Origin: Camelus dromedarius
Lineage: Eukaryota
NCBI RefSeq assembly: GCF_036321535.1
Contig: NC_087437.1
Span: 31,746,001 to 31,810,000, forward strand
Direction of reading: 5' to 3'
DNA length: 64,000 bases
A program made the translations under genes and the position numbers. The notes below the pieces were generated by a model. That model was not told the DNA's origin. It was given only the letters and a program-made list of their open reading frames with translations, and made no database searches. This document shows, in pieces, positions 28,691-41,311 of the stretch (position 1 is its first letter; each line of letters begins with the position of its first letter).

Positions 28691-30044
28691 TGAGTTTTGG
28701 ATGACTCTGTGAAATATAAAAGTAGAGCAGTCAGATGGAGAGTTGGACACATGAGTCAGATACCCAGAGAACAGATGTGAGCTGGAGATAAAATCTGGGA
28801 GTTGTCAACATCTATATTGCATTTTAACCACAGGAGTGGATAAGATTACTTAGAAAAAAGAGTAGAGAGAGAGAGAAAGAGGCCCCAGAACAAAGTGCTG
28901 AGGAACATGAACATTTAATCGACAAGTAGAGAAAGATGAGTCTGCAAAGGAGACAAGAATGGCCAAATATTTGGAAGAAAGCCACAGATGAGGTTTTTAG
29001 TGTAATCCCCCTTTTGCTGTCCTCATTCTTTGTTCCTTCTGTTTCACTTCCTTTTCTCCAGGCTAGAGACTGCTGAGCAAGCACCAGAACCTGCTGGGTC
29101 CGCCTCACACTTTAAAAGATTAATCTTCCTTTTACATTGCTGGATTTTGAGCACCATTTGGACAGGGACCCTGCCCTTCATTCACCTCTGCCTCTCCTGG
29201 GCTTGCTGACACTGCCTTTTCCATAGTGTGCATAGCGGATGATAAACCTCTCCCTGCTTCTCACCTACCCATTCCCTCTTCTTGGTCTTTCCCTCTAATT
29301 CTCTCCTCCAGATAACCATTTTACTCTGTGCTCAGGCTTTATCATTGATGTTTTTATAAATATTGAATAGATACATAGAAGTTTAGATAGGTATGAAGTA
29401 TGAAGAACAATACAATGAACACTCAGTTTAGGGGGTGGGGAAAAACTTTACCATTAGCATTGAAGTCCCTTGGTGTTCTCCCTAATTCCACATTCTTGCT
29501 CAGAGGTAACCACCAACCTGCCTTTTGCAGCAAACTAGAAAAAGGAGGGACTTCCACAGACTGATAAAGAGCATCTACAGAGACCTACAGAAAACACTTG
29601 TTGTTTTGCTTCACTCTATAATTCTACCAAGTATGTTTGTATTCCTTAAAAAAATGTAAGGGTTTGTATATATTTTATCTTCATGGAAAAAAATTAAACT
29701 ACATGTATTATTCAATGATTTGTTTTTTGTGCTCAAGATTATGTCCCTGTAATTTTCAACTGTGCTGTTACATGTAGCTGAGAATCATTCATTTCTTTAT
29801 CTCTATTATACTCTGAAGTATACCACAATTTATTTATCCTTTCTGCTTTAGCTGTATTCCATAACTTTTGATATCTAGAAATTTCATTATTGTTCAATTA
29901 TAAGTTAAAATATCAATTGTGACTTTAAAATATCAATTATGATTTTCATTTGATCCATGAATTATTCAGAAACACATTTTTTTAATTTCCAAATTCATGG
30001 AGATATTTACATTTTTTGTTTGCAGAGAATATTGACAATAATGG

Positions 30045-30352
30045 TGGTGTTCAGTAGACGTATAATGTGAGCTACATTTGTAATTTTAAAATTTTTAATT
30101 GCCATATTAAAAGAGTAAAAATAAATAGGTAAAATTTATCTTAATGTATTTTACTTAACCCAATATATCCAAATTATCATTTAAATATATAATCATCTTT
30201 AAAAAATTATCGTAGACATTTTAGGGTTTTTTTGTACAGTTTTCAAATCTGGTGTGTATTTTACATTCGCAGCACATCCTAATTTGGGCTAGTTACACTT
30301 TAAGTGCTCAGTAGCTACATGTGGCTAGTAGCTACTATATTGGACTATACAG
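30045..30352. mobile_element. MER33-like hAT-Charlie MITE
   Basis: tataatgtgagctacatttgtaattttaaa...gtgctcagtagctacatgtggctagtagctac...ttggac. Confidence 0.8.
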
Positions 30353-30469
30353 GTTTATAGTATAATAATTATTTTAAATTTGTGAAATTTCCTTTCTGGC
30401 CTAATATGTGGTGAATTCCATGTGAGCTGAAAAATAATTACGTGTTTTCTTATTAAGTGGGTACCTTAA

Positions 30470-33400
30470 GATAAAGGGGGATATTGATGGGAATACAATC
30501 ATAGTTGGAGATTTTAACACTGCATTAACATCACTAGACAGATCTTCCAGACAGAAAATAAACAAGGCAACAGAGAAATTAAATACTACAATAGAAAAAC
30601 TAGATTTGGTGGATATTTTCAGAGCATTACACCCCCCAAAAATAGGATATACATTCTTTTCAAGTGTACATGGAACATTTTCCAGGATCAGTCATTCACT
30701 TGGGCACAAAAGAAACCTCAACAATTTTAAGAAGATAGAAATTATCTCAAGCATCTTTACCGACCACAATGCCATGAAACTGGAAATCAACAACAGAGAA
30801 ACAAAGGAGAAAAAAAGGAAAGCATGGAGATTAAACAATATGTTATTGAAAAAACAATGGATCAATGAGGAAATCAAAGCTGAAATTAAAAAATACCTTG
30901 AGACAAATGATAATGAAAGCACAACCACTCAAAACCTATGGGACACAGCAAAGGCAGTGCTAAGAGGGAAGTTTATAGCGATACAGGCCTTCCTCAAAAA
31001 AGAAGAACAATCTCAAATAAACAATTTAACCCACCACCTGAATGAATTAGAAAAAGAAGAACAAAAAGCCCCAAAAAGCAGCAGAAGGAAGGAAATAATA
31101 AATATCAGAGAGGATTAAATACAATAGAGATTAACAAGACCATAGAAAAAATCAACCAAACCAAAAGCTGGTTTTTTGAAAAAGTAAATAAAATCGACAA
31201 CCCTCTGGCCAAACTCACAAAGAAGAAAAAAGAGAGAGCACAAATTAGCAAAATAAGAAAGGAAAATGGAGAAATTACAACAAACAAAATAGAAATACAG
31301 AATATCATACGAGAATATTATGAAAAACTATATGGAACCAAACTGGATAACCTAGAGGAGATGGACAAGTTTCTGGAAACATACTGTCCACCAAAACTGA
31401 ATCAAGAAGAATCTGAACACTTGAACAATCTGATCACTAGAAAGGAAATAGAAATAGCAATTAAAAACCTCCCTACAAATAAAAGTCCAGGACCGGACGG
31501 CTTCACTGGGGAATTCTACCAAACATACAAAGAAGAACTCATACCAGTCCTTCTCAAACTCTTCCAGACGATTGAAAAAGAGGGAATACTCCCAAACTCA
31601 TTCTATGAAGCCACCATCACCCTGATACCAAAACCAGGCAAAGACACTACAAAAAAAGAGAATTATAGGCCAATATCACTGATGAACATAGACGCCAAAA
31701 TCCTCACCAAAATTTTAGCAAATAGAATCCAACAACACATAAAAAAGATTATACATCATGACCAAGTGGGGTTCATCCCAGGGACACAAGGCTGGTTCAA
31801 CATACGCAAATCAATCAGTGTAATACATCACATCAACAAGAGAAAGGACAAAAACCACATGATCATCTCAATCGATGCAGAAAAAGCATTTGATAAAATT
31901 CAACACCCATTTATGATAAAAACTCTCGCCAAAGTGGGTATAGAGGGAACATATCTCAACATAATAAAAGCTATATATGACAAACCTACAGCCAGCATAG
32001 TATTCAACAGTGAAAAACTCAAAAGCTTCCCACTAAAATCTGGGACAAGACAAGGATGCCCACTATCACCACTCCTATTCAACATAGTCCTGGAAGTCCT
32101 AGCCACAGCAGTCAGGCAAGAGAAAGAAATAAAAGGGATCCAAATTGGAAAAGAAGAGGTAAAAGTGTCATTATATGCTGATGACATGCTACTATATATA
32201 GAAAACCCTAAAAGGTCCACACAAAAGCTACTAGAGCTGATTGAAGAATTCAGCAAGGTAGCAGGTTACAAAATTAACGTTCAAAACTCAGTTGCATTTG
32301 TTTACACTAACGATAAGTCAACAGAAGAAGAAAGTAAAGAAACAATCCCCTTTAAAATAGCACCCAAAGTAATAAAATATCTGGGAATAAATCTAACCAA
32401 GGAGGTGAAAGAATTATACACAGAAAACTATAAACCATTGATGAAGGAAATTAAAGAAGAATTTAAAAAATGGAAAGATATTCCATGCTCTTGGATTGGA
32501 AGAATCAATATTGTCATAATGGTCACACTGCCCAAGGCAATCTACAGATTTAATGCAATCCCTATCCAATTACCCAGGACATATTTCACAGAATTAGAAA
32601 AAATAATAAAATTCATATGGAACCATCAAAGACCTAGAATTGCCAAAGCATTACTGAAGAGAAAGAAAGAGGCTGGAGGAATAACTCTCCCAGACTTCAG
32701 ACAATACTATAGAGCTACAGTCATCAAGACAGCATGGTATTGGTACCAAAACAGACATATAGACCAATGGAACAGAATAGAGAGCCCAGAAATGAACCCA
32801 CAAACTTTTGGTCAACTCATCTTCGACAAAGGAGGCAAGAATATACATTGGAATAAAGACAGTCTCTTCAGCAAATGGTGTTGGGAAAACTGGACAGCAG
32901 CATGTAAAACAATGAAGCTAGAACACTCCCTTACACCATATACAAAAATCAACTCAAAATGGATCAAAGACTTAAACATAAGACAAGATACAATAAACCT
33001 CCTAGAGGAAAACATAGGCAAAACATTATCTGACATACATTTCAAAAATTTTCTCCTAGAAGAAATAAAAGCAAGAATAAACAAATGGGACCTAATGAAA
33101 CTTACAAGCTTCTGCACAGCAAAGGAAACCAGAAATAAAACAAGAAGAAAACCTACGGAATGGGAGAAAATTTTTGCAAGTGAAACCGACAAAGGCTTGA
33201 TCTTCAGAATATATAAGCAGCTCATACGACTCAATAAGAAAAAAATAAACAACCCAATCCAAAAATGGGCAGAAGACCTAAACAAGCAATTCTCCAAGGA
33301 AGACATACAAATGATCAAAAAGCACATGAAAAAATGCTCAGTATCACTAATTATCAGAGAAATGCAAATCAAAACTACAATGAGGTATCACCTCACACCA

Positions 33401-34202
33401 GTCAGAATGGCCGTCATTCAAAAATCCACAAATGACAAATGCTGGAGAGGCTGTGGAGAAAGGGGAACCCTCCTACACTGCTGGTGGGAATGCAGTTTGG
33501 TGCAGCCACTATGGAAAATAGTGTGGAGATTCCTCAAAAGACTAGGAATAGACTTACCATATGACCCAGGAATCCCACTCCTGGGCTTGTATCCAGAAGG
33601 AACCCTACTTCAGGATGACACCTGCACCCCAATGTTCATAGCAGCACTATTTACAATAGCCAAAACATGGAAACAGCCTAAATGTCCATCAACAGGTGAC
33701 TGGATGAAGAAGATTTGGTATATTTATACAATGGAATACTACTCAGCCATAAAAACCGACAACATAATGCCATTTGCAGCAACATGGATGTTCCTGGAGA
33801 ATGTCATTCTAAGTGAAGTAAGCCAGAAAGAGAAAGAAAAATACCATATGAGATCGCTCGTATGTGGAATCTAAAAAACAAAAACAAAAACAAACAAACA
33901 AACAAAAACAAAGCGTAAATAAAGGACAGAAATAGACTCACAGACAGAGAATACAGACTTGTGGTTACCAGGGGGGTGGAGGGTGGGAAGGGATAGCCTG
34001 GGATTTCAAAATTGTAGAATAGACTACACTGTATAGCACAGGGAAATATACACAAAATGTTATGATAACTCACAGAGAAAAAAATGTGACAATGAGTGTG
34101 TATATGTCCATGAATAACTGAAAAATTGTGCTGAACACTGGAATTTGACACAACATTGTAAAATGATTATAAATCAATGAAAAATGTTAAAAAAAAAAAA
34201 AA
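30470..34202 (+). mobile_element. Young 5'-truncated LINE-1 (lineage-specific family): partial ORF2, 3'UTR and poly(A)
   Basis: Starts inside the endonuclease domain (IIVGDFNT), ends in an A-tail, and is flanked by a perfect 15-bp TSD aagtgggtaccttaa (30455-30469 and 34203-34217). The insertion site TT|AAGT resembles the L1 endonuclease consensus. Confidence 0.97.
30471..33874 (+). pseudogene. L1 ORF2p (partial endonuclease, reverse transcriptase, CCHC), 5'-truncated with one frameshift near 31114
   Basis: ORFs 30606..31118 and 31361..33874 carry QGCPLSP, YADD and CWRGC...HCWWEC motifs. A 1-nt deletion in gag gat taa (expected gag gaa tta) switches the frame. Confidence 0.95.
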
Positions 34203-34217
34203 AAGTGGGTACCTTAA

Positions 34218-36740
34218 ATCAATCTTATTATTTGCATTGTTTAAGTCCTCTATATTTTTACTTAGTTTTTTGTTTGCTTGATTCTAGGTTGCTACATTAC
34301 AGATTACAGTAGGGCCATTCACATAACAGCCTGGAATTGGGCAGTGTACACTTCCATGACTTATATGGTGGTCCCAGATTGATTTAGTATAATTGAGGGA
34401 GCTGTGTTTAATTCTACCACTATGGTGTGGGTTTGACAATTTCTCCTTAAAGTTCTATAAAGTTTTACTTTATATATTTTAAGGCTATTTTAAAAGGTGC
34501 TTATAAGTTTAGAATATACATGGTGAATTAATCTGTTAGCATTATCAGCCCTGAGTAATGACTTTTGTCTTAAAATCTACTTTGTCTGACATTAATATAG
34601 TTATGTACTTCCTTTTATTTAAGATTTCTCTGTTAAATCTTCTCCAAAAAAGGAAATATTTTCATATCCTTATGCTTTAGGAATATCTCTTATACAGAAC
34701 ATATATAGCCAAAGTTTGTTTTTATCAAGCCTCTTTCTCTTTGAACTCATGAGTCTAGTTTATTTACCATTATTATGATTGTTACTTTAAGCTTTCTATT
34801 TCTCCCTCTTTTTCTTTACCTTTTCTCCTTTTGAGCCTTTGGGGGTGGGTAGTATTGTTAGAGTTTCTTTTATTTTCTTAGTGCAATTTCCTCTAATGGC
34901 ATATTCTACTTCTATCCATTTAGTGGTTTTTTTGAAATTTTCCCATGCATGCTTAGTGAAGTCTAAAATTAATATCTCAAACTCCTCTTGAATAGTACAA
35001 GGACCAAAAAACACTTGAGTTCTGATAGTTGCCATCCTGACACACATTCTACATTTTTGTCTAGTGTTCTAGTTCTGTCTTTTTGTTAGCCCAACTAATT
35101 GCACACAGTCAAAACTAACATGTTATACATATGATATTTATTTACAAGTACCTACATGCAGGGCTGGCTACGTAATTTTCAAGGCCTAGTGCAAAATGAA
35201 AATGTGGGGCCCCTTGTTTAGAAAACTAAAAAGCAGCTTTTTCTTTTCCTTCACTATCTCTCAGCCTATCATGGTATTTTTGTTTGTTTGCTGTTGAATC
35301 TTGTGCTTCCTTGGGCACAGAGAAATCGTAGAATGGGTGCAGGTTCTCACAGGTACCAAGGCCCTGCCCCAGACTCAGCAAAGGGAGCACACATGGGAGA
35401 CCCAGCCCTCCCTATGCCCGCGCCCAGGTCTGCATCCCCACTGGAAGCGGAGGATGGCAGCAAATGCTGGGCAAGGGTCAGGGAGCAGAGGTTTGAGAAC
35501 CATCCTGGGGAAGCAGGGAGGTGGTGGGAGGTAGGACTGTGTGAGCCAAGGCTCCAAACCCCTGGCACATGCTTGATTGTCCCAGCAGACCTCACTTACA
35601 AAACACAGATTCAAAGATAAAATGATTAAGAATTCTCAGTGGTGGCCACAGAGTATTAAGCCTGAGGTGCAGGGACCCCTTTGGAACACGAGCCCTGTAC
35701 ACTGTCCTGATCACATGCCCAAGATGCCCTCCCTGCCTGTGTGCTTGCCAGTTTCTTTGCTTACCATTTTTTCTTGCATGCTTGGCCTTCCTTCTGAGAT
35801 CATATTCCTTCTGCAAAAGGCATTTTTTTAGAAGTCCTTTAGCTAGTAGTAAACACTCAGATTTTATTATTCTGAGCATATTTAATTTCAGCCTCATTCT
35901 GAAAGATGGTTTTGCTGGGTACCCAACTTCAGATTGACAGTTATTTTCTCACAGGACTTTGAATATATTATTTTGCTGTCTTTGGCCTCCTTTGTTTCTT
36001 TTGGAGAGTAAGTTTTCAGTATGTTTGGGTTCCTGAAGTTAATCTGGGTTTTTTTCTTTCCAGCTTCTTTTAAGATCTCTTTAACTTTGATATTCTTCAT
36101 TTCCACTACCAAGTGCTGAGTTATGAGATTTATTTTTACTTATCTTGCTTGGAATCCTTTGGGCTTCCTAGATTTGTGGGTTGGTGTTTTTCATTTGTAA
36201 TATCCTTCCTCTCCTTTCTCTCTCCTTTGCTTCTGAAATGATAAATAGATAAATATTAGATCTTTTCCCTCTACCCTCCATGTATCAACCTCTTTTTTAT
36301 ATTTTCCATATTTTTGACTTTATGTACTGCAGCCTGTATAATCTCTTTGAATCTCCCTTTCAGTTTACTTCATTTTTTAGCTGTGAATAATATGCTATAG
36401 GACCATCTACTGAGCTTTTCATTTCAATTATTATATTTTTATTTCTACAAGTTCAATTGATCTTTTCAGATTTCATTAGTCATTTAAATTAATATTTTAT
36501 TTCTTCCAACATGTTGAACATTCTTATTTCATATTCTATATCTGAAAATTCAATACTTTAGAATTTGTGAGTTTGATTATACTATCATTTGTGTCTGCTC
36601 ATTCTTCCTCTTACTGACTTTTTTAAAAAATAATTTTGTGATTTTAAAACTTATGATGTCATAGGTCTTGAATCCTTATCTGTAGGAATTCTTTAAGTCT
36701 CAGGTTGAAGATAGATTTCTCCCCCAAAATACTGGTGTTT
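34218..36740 (-). mobile_element. Old L1M/L1ME remnant (host of the young L1 and MER45; probably continues left to ~29350)
   Basis: T-rich strand with L1 ORF1/inter-ORF antisense motifs (aaaatctactttgtctgacattaatatag; ttttgctgggta...ttgacagttattttctc). Confidence 0.6.
35159..35735 (-). mobile_element. MER45-like hAT-Tip100 element
   Basis: Terminus cagggctggctacgtaatttt...gtgcaaaatgaaaatgtggggcccc. The interior resembles the reverse complement of 51302-51500. Confidence 0.8.
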
Positions 36741-38939
36741 TTCCTACCAGGCATCTGGAGGCAAGGTTAACCTAACACCATGTTAAGGTATCTTCTTAAT
36801 ATGAAGCTTTTTGGGCCACTCAGGTAATGTGAATTCAGGATACAAACCTGCTTTAGGATTGGCTTGTGTTTACAAATTCTCGTGGGAGATTTGTATTTCC
36901 CCCTCTACCTAGCACCAGAATTCAAAGCCAGTAATCTCCTTTTTGTTCCTTGAGTGGAGGTGTTATTTGTATTTTATACACACTAGGTGGGAATTTCATA
37001 TTCTGACATATAGTATGACAAAAATGACATACTGCATGTATCACTCTTTGAGATGCAGTTTTATGCAGATGAGTTTCCTCTTAGATTCTTCCTTCTCTCC
37101 TGACTCCAGTGCCCTTTATGGCTGTGAAATTTTTAAAGCTCAAATTCATCAAATTTGGAAAGTACCTTCACGGTGATATTTGGCTTCAGTGCTCTGCTTA
37201 CTGTTGGTATTCTTCTTTCCACTTCATTTTTAAAAAACTTTAGCTTAGAATAATTTTGCATTAACAGAAAATTTACCGAGACAGTACAGAGAGTTTATGT
37301 TTCCCTTTGGCCCATTTTTCATAACCATGGCACATTTGTAAAAGCTAAGAAATTAACATGGTATAATATCATTAACTAACCTATACACTTTTTTCAGATT
37401 TCACTAGTTTTCCACTGATAACATTTTTCTGTTTTCACTTGATTTTTGTTCCCTGAGTCTTTTTCATTTTTTTGTCCAGATCACTGATGAATTTTAAGAT
37501 TTTTTTTTAATAAGAAAAAAAATACTTATTTTCAGTAGGAAAGTTGTCAAGGTAACTAGTCTGACACACTTCTGGGGAGAAAAAGTCTGGGAAGTTTTGT
37601 TCTTTTCAATCATTTTCCCTCAAATGCTATTCATAATCCTGGTTACCAAGTCAAATGTGTCTTATATTTGGGTCCTTAAAATTTTCTAACCTAGAAATAT
37701 AGACACGGTTTTTATTATGGTAAGAAAATGTTTAATAATATTGCAAAAGTGAGACTAGGATAGAGATCAATAAATAGATTGAGAGTCTATTACAATACTC
37801 TAGGTGGGAAATAAAGTCAAGAACCTTAACTGTTGGTAGTGGGAAAGGAAGGGAGGAAATAATTTGAGGTGCACCAAGGAGCAAAATATTTAGAACTTGT
37901 TATTGAATGGATGTAGTAAAACAAGAAGGAAGAGTCAGAGATGACTCAGGGATTTTAAGCTAAAGATTCTGACTTTTGAAGGTTTCAGAAGTCAAAAGGA
38001 AAGGCAAACTGCAGAAGATGATGATGAGTTTGTGTTTTGACATGTGGAATCTTTACTGTTGGTGAGTCATTAGGGTGGAGATGTCTAACAGGCAGTTATA
38101 AATGAAAGTCACAAGTTTCAGAAAAGGGGTCAGAGCTAAAGGGAAGAGGGTGATGATGGAAAACAAAGGGTTTAGAAACAGGAATAAGCAATAGGGAGGA
38201 ATCACCTACATAGAAAATGAGAAGGATCATGGTGATTATAAGTAGGGGGCGGGGGGAAGCCCTGATCAACAGGCATGCTTTTGCCACGATTTGTGATATT
38301 TAAAGGCTCAATTCCAATGCCCCTGTGAAATGTTCTCGTGAGCCTATCACTCTTACTTCCACCTGGAGGATCACAAACTAAGCTTTAAGATCCAATTACG
38401 TGCATTAAATTGTTCTTTGTGTTTTCTATTTTCTAGTACGTTTTGTACCATATAGCATCTCAGACTTTACCCTCTACTTAATTCAGTTTTTTTCCTATCA
38501 GCATTTGAGATAAATAAAAGAAAAATAAATCTAGCAGGAACCACAAACGTGCTGATTTTGTGGCATATCCCAACATATTTTCCTTTTTTAAAGAAACAAA
38601 ATATTGTCTAGTGCTAGAATTTAGTCATAAACTTTGGAACCACAGTGTATGATATTTTACTATTTTTGTGACTCCACATATGTTGTTACTATTTCAAGCA
38701 AAAATAATAGTATTACTTATTAAGCAAAAATTAAACCTAAGAAAATACTTACCTTGTTGGCAGTGTTTTTAAATAGCTGTTAACAACAGTTAAAAGGATA
38801 TATAATAGCAGCATATATTTATTGCTGAAGAGAATAAACAGACTGAGTTGTGAAATAATATTCTCTGACGCAGGAACTACAACTTAAGAAGAGTGTTAGC
38901 GGTGACTCTTGACTCATCTGTTGTGTTTATGGTTTTCAG

Positions 38940-39033
38940 GGAATCGATGCTAATTTCACATCAGAAAAGCATCGAGCAGCTACAGGAAACCCTTAGACAG
39001 AAGCTGTTGAATGATGATAACTGGAGGGAGAAG
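38940..39033 (+). CDS. LEKR1: LEKR1 internal coding exon (94 nt, phase 2->0): ESMLISHQKSIEQLQETLRQKLLNDDNWREK
   Basis: Acceptor ggttttcag|G and donor AAG|gtaaca. It lies in ORF 38893..39081 and is in frame with its neighbours. Confidence 0.95.
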
Positions 39034-39135
39034 GTAACAATAATGTGGCTTTCAGCAGAATGTGTCTTACTTGCTTTTTAAAAATTCTGTCCATTTATCA
39101 GACTACTTCAGATAGATTTATTTGCTTCTAGGCAC

Positions 39136-39273
39136 ACTTTTAAAAAAACTTTTTTGGGGGGGTTGTAACTAGGTTTACTTATTTTTTTTATTATTCTAAT
39201 GGAGGTACTGGGGATTGAATCCAGGACCTCATGCATGCTAAGCAGGTACTGTACTGCTGAGTTACACCCTCCC
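39136..39273 (-). mobile_element. tRNA-derived SINE (Vic-1-like)
   Basis: Same SINE body. TSD tgcttcta[g/t]gcac at 39123-39135 and 39274-39286. Confidence 0.88.
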
Positions 39274-41159
39274 TGCTTCTATGCACTTTTTTGACTCTTT
39301 CTGGAATTTCCTAGACCAAACATGCTTATGATATATGTGTTTTCAAAAATATTAGACAACAAATGGGAAATAAAAAGATAAAAATATAATTTGAAATTAT
39401 GTAAGATGAAGATACCTCTTGATTCTCATGTAAAAGTGTAATTTTTACTTATAAATATTTACATTTTTTTCCCATAAAGTGACAGAATCTGCATTTGACC
39501 ACATCCTAAAAGCAGGGGAATATTAATTCATTCTTATAATTTCTCTGCTTTTAAGAAAATAATATAAGAGAATGAAAATTGACTTAAAATTATTCAGGTA
39601 TGAACTTTTGGCAAATAAAATGAATAAATATTTAGCTCACTACTTACAAAGAAAATGTTTGTTCTTAGAGTATGAAAAAATTACATTGATTTTTGCCTTT
39701 GGGCTTGTCTATATTTTTCAAATTTTCAACAATGAATGTGTGTTGCTTTCATCATTTTAAAGAATACAAATCATATTTTTTAAATTGTTAGCCCCTGCCT
39801 TCTCAGGCCATGCACACAGCTCTAGTCGTGGAGGTAGAGACATCATCTCCCTGTCATCAACTTCTGATACTTCCTGATTGATCTCTAGGCCTTATGGTGC
39901 ACACTGAGTCAAAACCTCCCCGCCGTTTTCTCGTCCCCTCCCAGCACCTATCCCTAGCTCTAGCCTCCTGTCTTGGTTTTCTGATTATGCCTTAACTTGC
40001 ATCTAGAACTAGAGCTGGCTTCTGAAATTCAGATTGTTTGACGGAAGCCCTGACAACCTATTTGGTAATCGGATTCTTCTCCTTGGTGACTAGACCCTAT
40101 AACTTGTAACCTCAAGCAACCAGTGGTAGCTGCCTTCAAACTAACATCTTCACCTGGAATCCCCCACTCTGCTATCCACAGATTGAAATCCTTTAGGTAT
40201 TGTTGCTGGATCAGGTCAATTCTAAATTTATCACTTTCACTTCCGGTCTTCACACAGTTGGTCATACTCAGCCAGTACTGAGTATAAATCAGCCCTCCTT
40301 CCCTTGTCCTTTGGGGACAGCACATTCAGGCGATAACAAAAATGATCACTATAGTGACAGTTCCATATAGGCAACAATTAAAATTTGAGAGTATGGATTG
40401 AAGTTGCTTTAAGTGTCTCATTACTATTTTGTTTTATTTTGTAGCATAGGCTTTTTCTTTTCCTGCTTCTCTAAAGCCCACACTTCTTTATTTCTTTTTA
40501 ATTTTTTTTAGCCTCAGTGTATTCATTTGGCTAGTCTGTTCTTATTCACTTCCCCGATACTTACCAATCCATGTTTAAAAATATGAAAAGATGATCGACC
40601 TAACTAGCAATCAAAAAAATTCAAATTAAAGCAATCAGAGATTATTTTTTACTACTTCAGTTTTACGTTGTAGTGAAGGTCTAATGAGATAGTCTTTCAT
40701 TCTTAACTGTTTAAGGGACTGAAAATTACAGCAATCTTTTGGAGGGAAGCTTGGCAATAATATATATAGATATTGTAAATGTCCCATATTTTGACTCAGG
40801 AATCTCACTGATGGAATTAATGTGGTTGGAGATTCACAGATCTTTCCTTTCCCTCAAGCTCCTGAGCTCCTCTTAGATTGACAGAGTGAACTTTTTTGCG
40901 TTTGCTTATGTAAGAAGTTCCTCATCTCCATGGTCACACCCACCAAGAACCTTCAGATATAATCTACATGTGGAATCTCTGCATTCATGACCCTAGTACT
41001 GCTAGGGTCTAGTACTGCTGCTCACTGTGCCCATCCCTGAAGTGCTAATGCAGCATCTGACCATCTAAAAGTTTTAGGTTCTTCCTTTATACTAAGTTGA
41101 TTTGTTACTGAAAATAAACCTATGTAAGATTCTCTGAGCTCTTATTAAAACCACGAAGT

Positions 41160-41311
41160 AAGGAGGCTATAGCTTAAGTGCTAGAGCACATGCTTAGTAT
41201 GCACAAGATCCTGGGTTCAATCCCCAGTACCTCCTCCAAATATAAATAAATAAATAAACCTAATTACCTCCTCCCTCAAAAAAAAATTAATGAAATAAAA
41301 TGCTAAAAAAA
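41160..41311 (+). mobile_element. tRNA-derived SINE (Vic-1-like)
   Basis: A box tagcttaagtg, B box ggttcaatccc, (taaa)n, aacctaattacctc and an A tail. Imperfect TSD aaaaccacga/aagaccatga. Confidence 0.88.

Noticed and set aside
31900..33372. Antisense ORFs of 118 and 186 aa
   Set aside because: These are shadow frames on the antisense strand of L1 ORF2, a common artefact.
31361..33874. 837-aa reverse transcriptase as a novel RT system or domesticated gene
   Set aside because: It is ordinary L1 ORF2p inside a TSD-flanked truncated insertion. Its intactness is explained by young age.
35288..35897. Several overlapping ORFs of 77-110 aa
   Set aside because: They lie within the GC-rich MER45-like element and adjacent L1 remnant and show no coding signature.
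41160..41232. tRNA-like A/B boxes as a tRNA gene
   Set aside because: This is the head of a SINE with a tail and TSD, repeated four times in the window.
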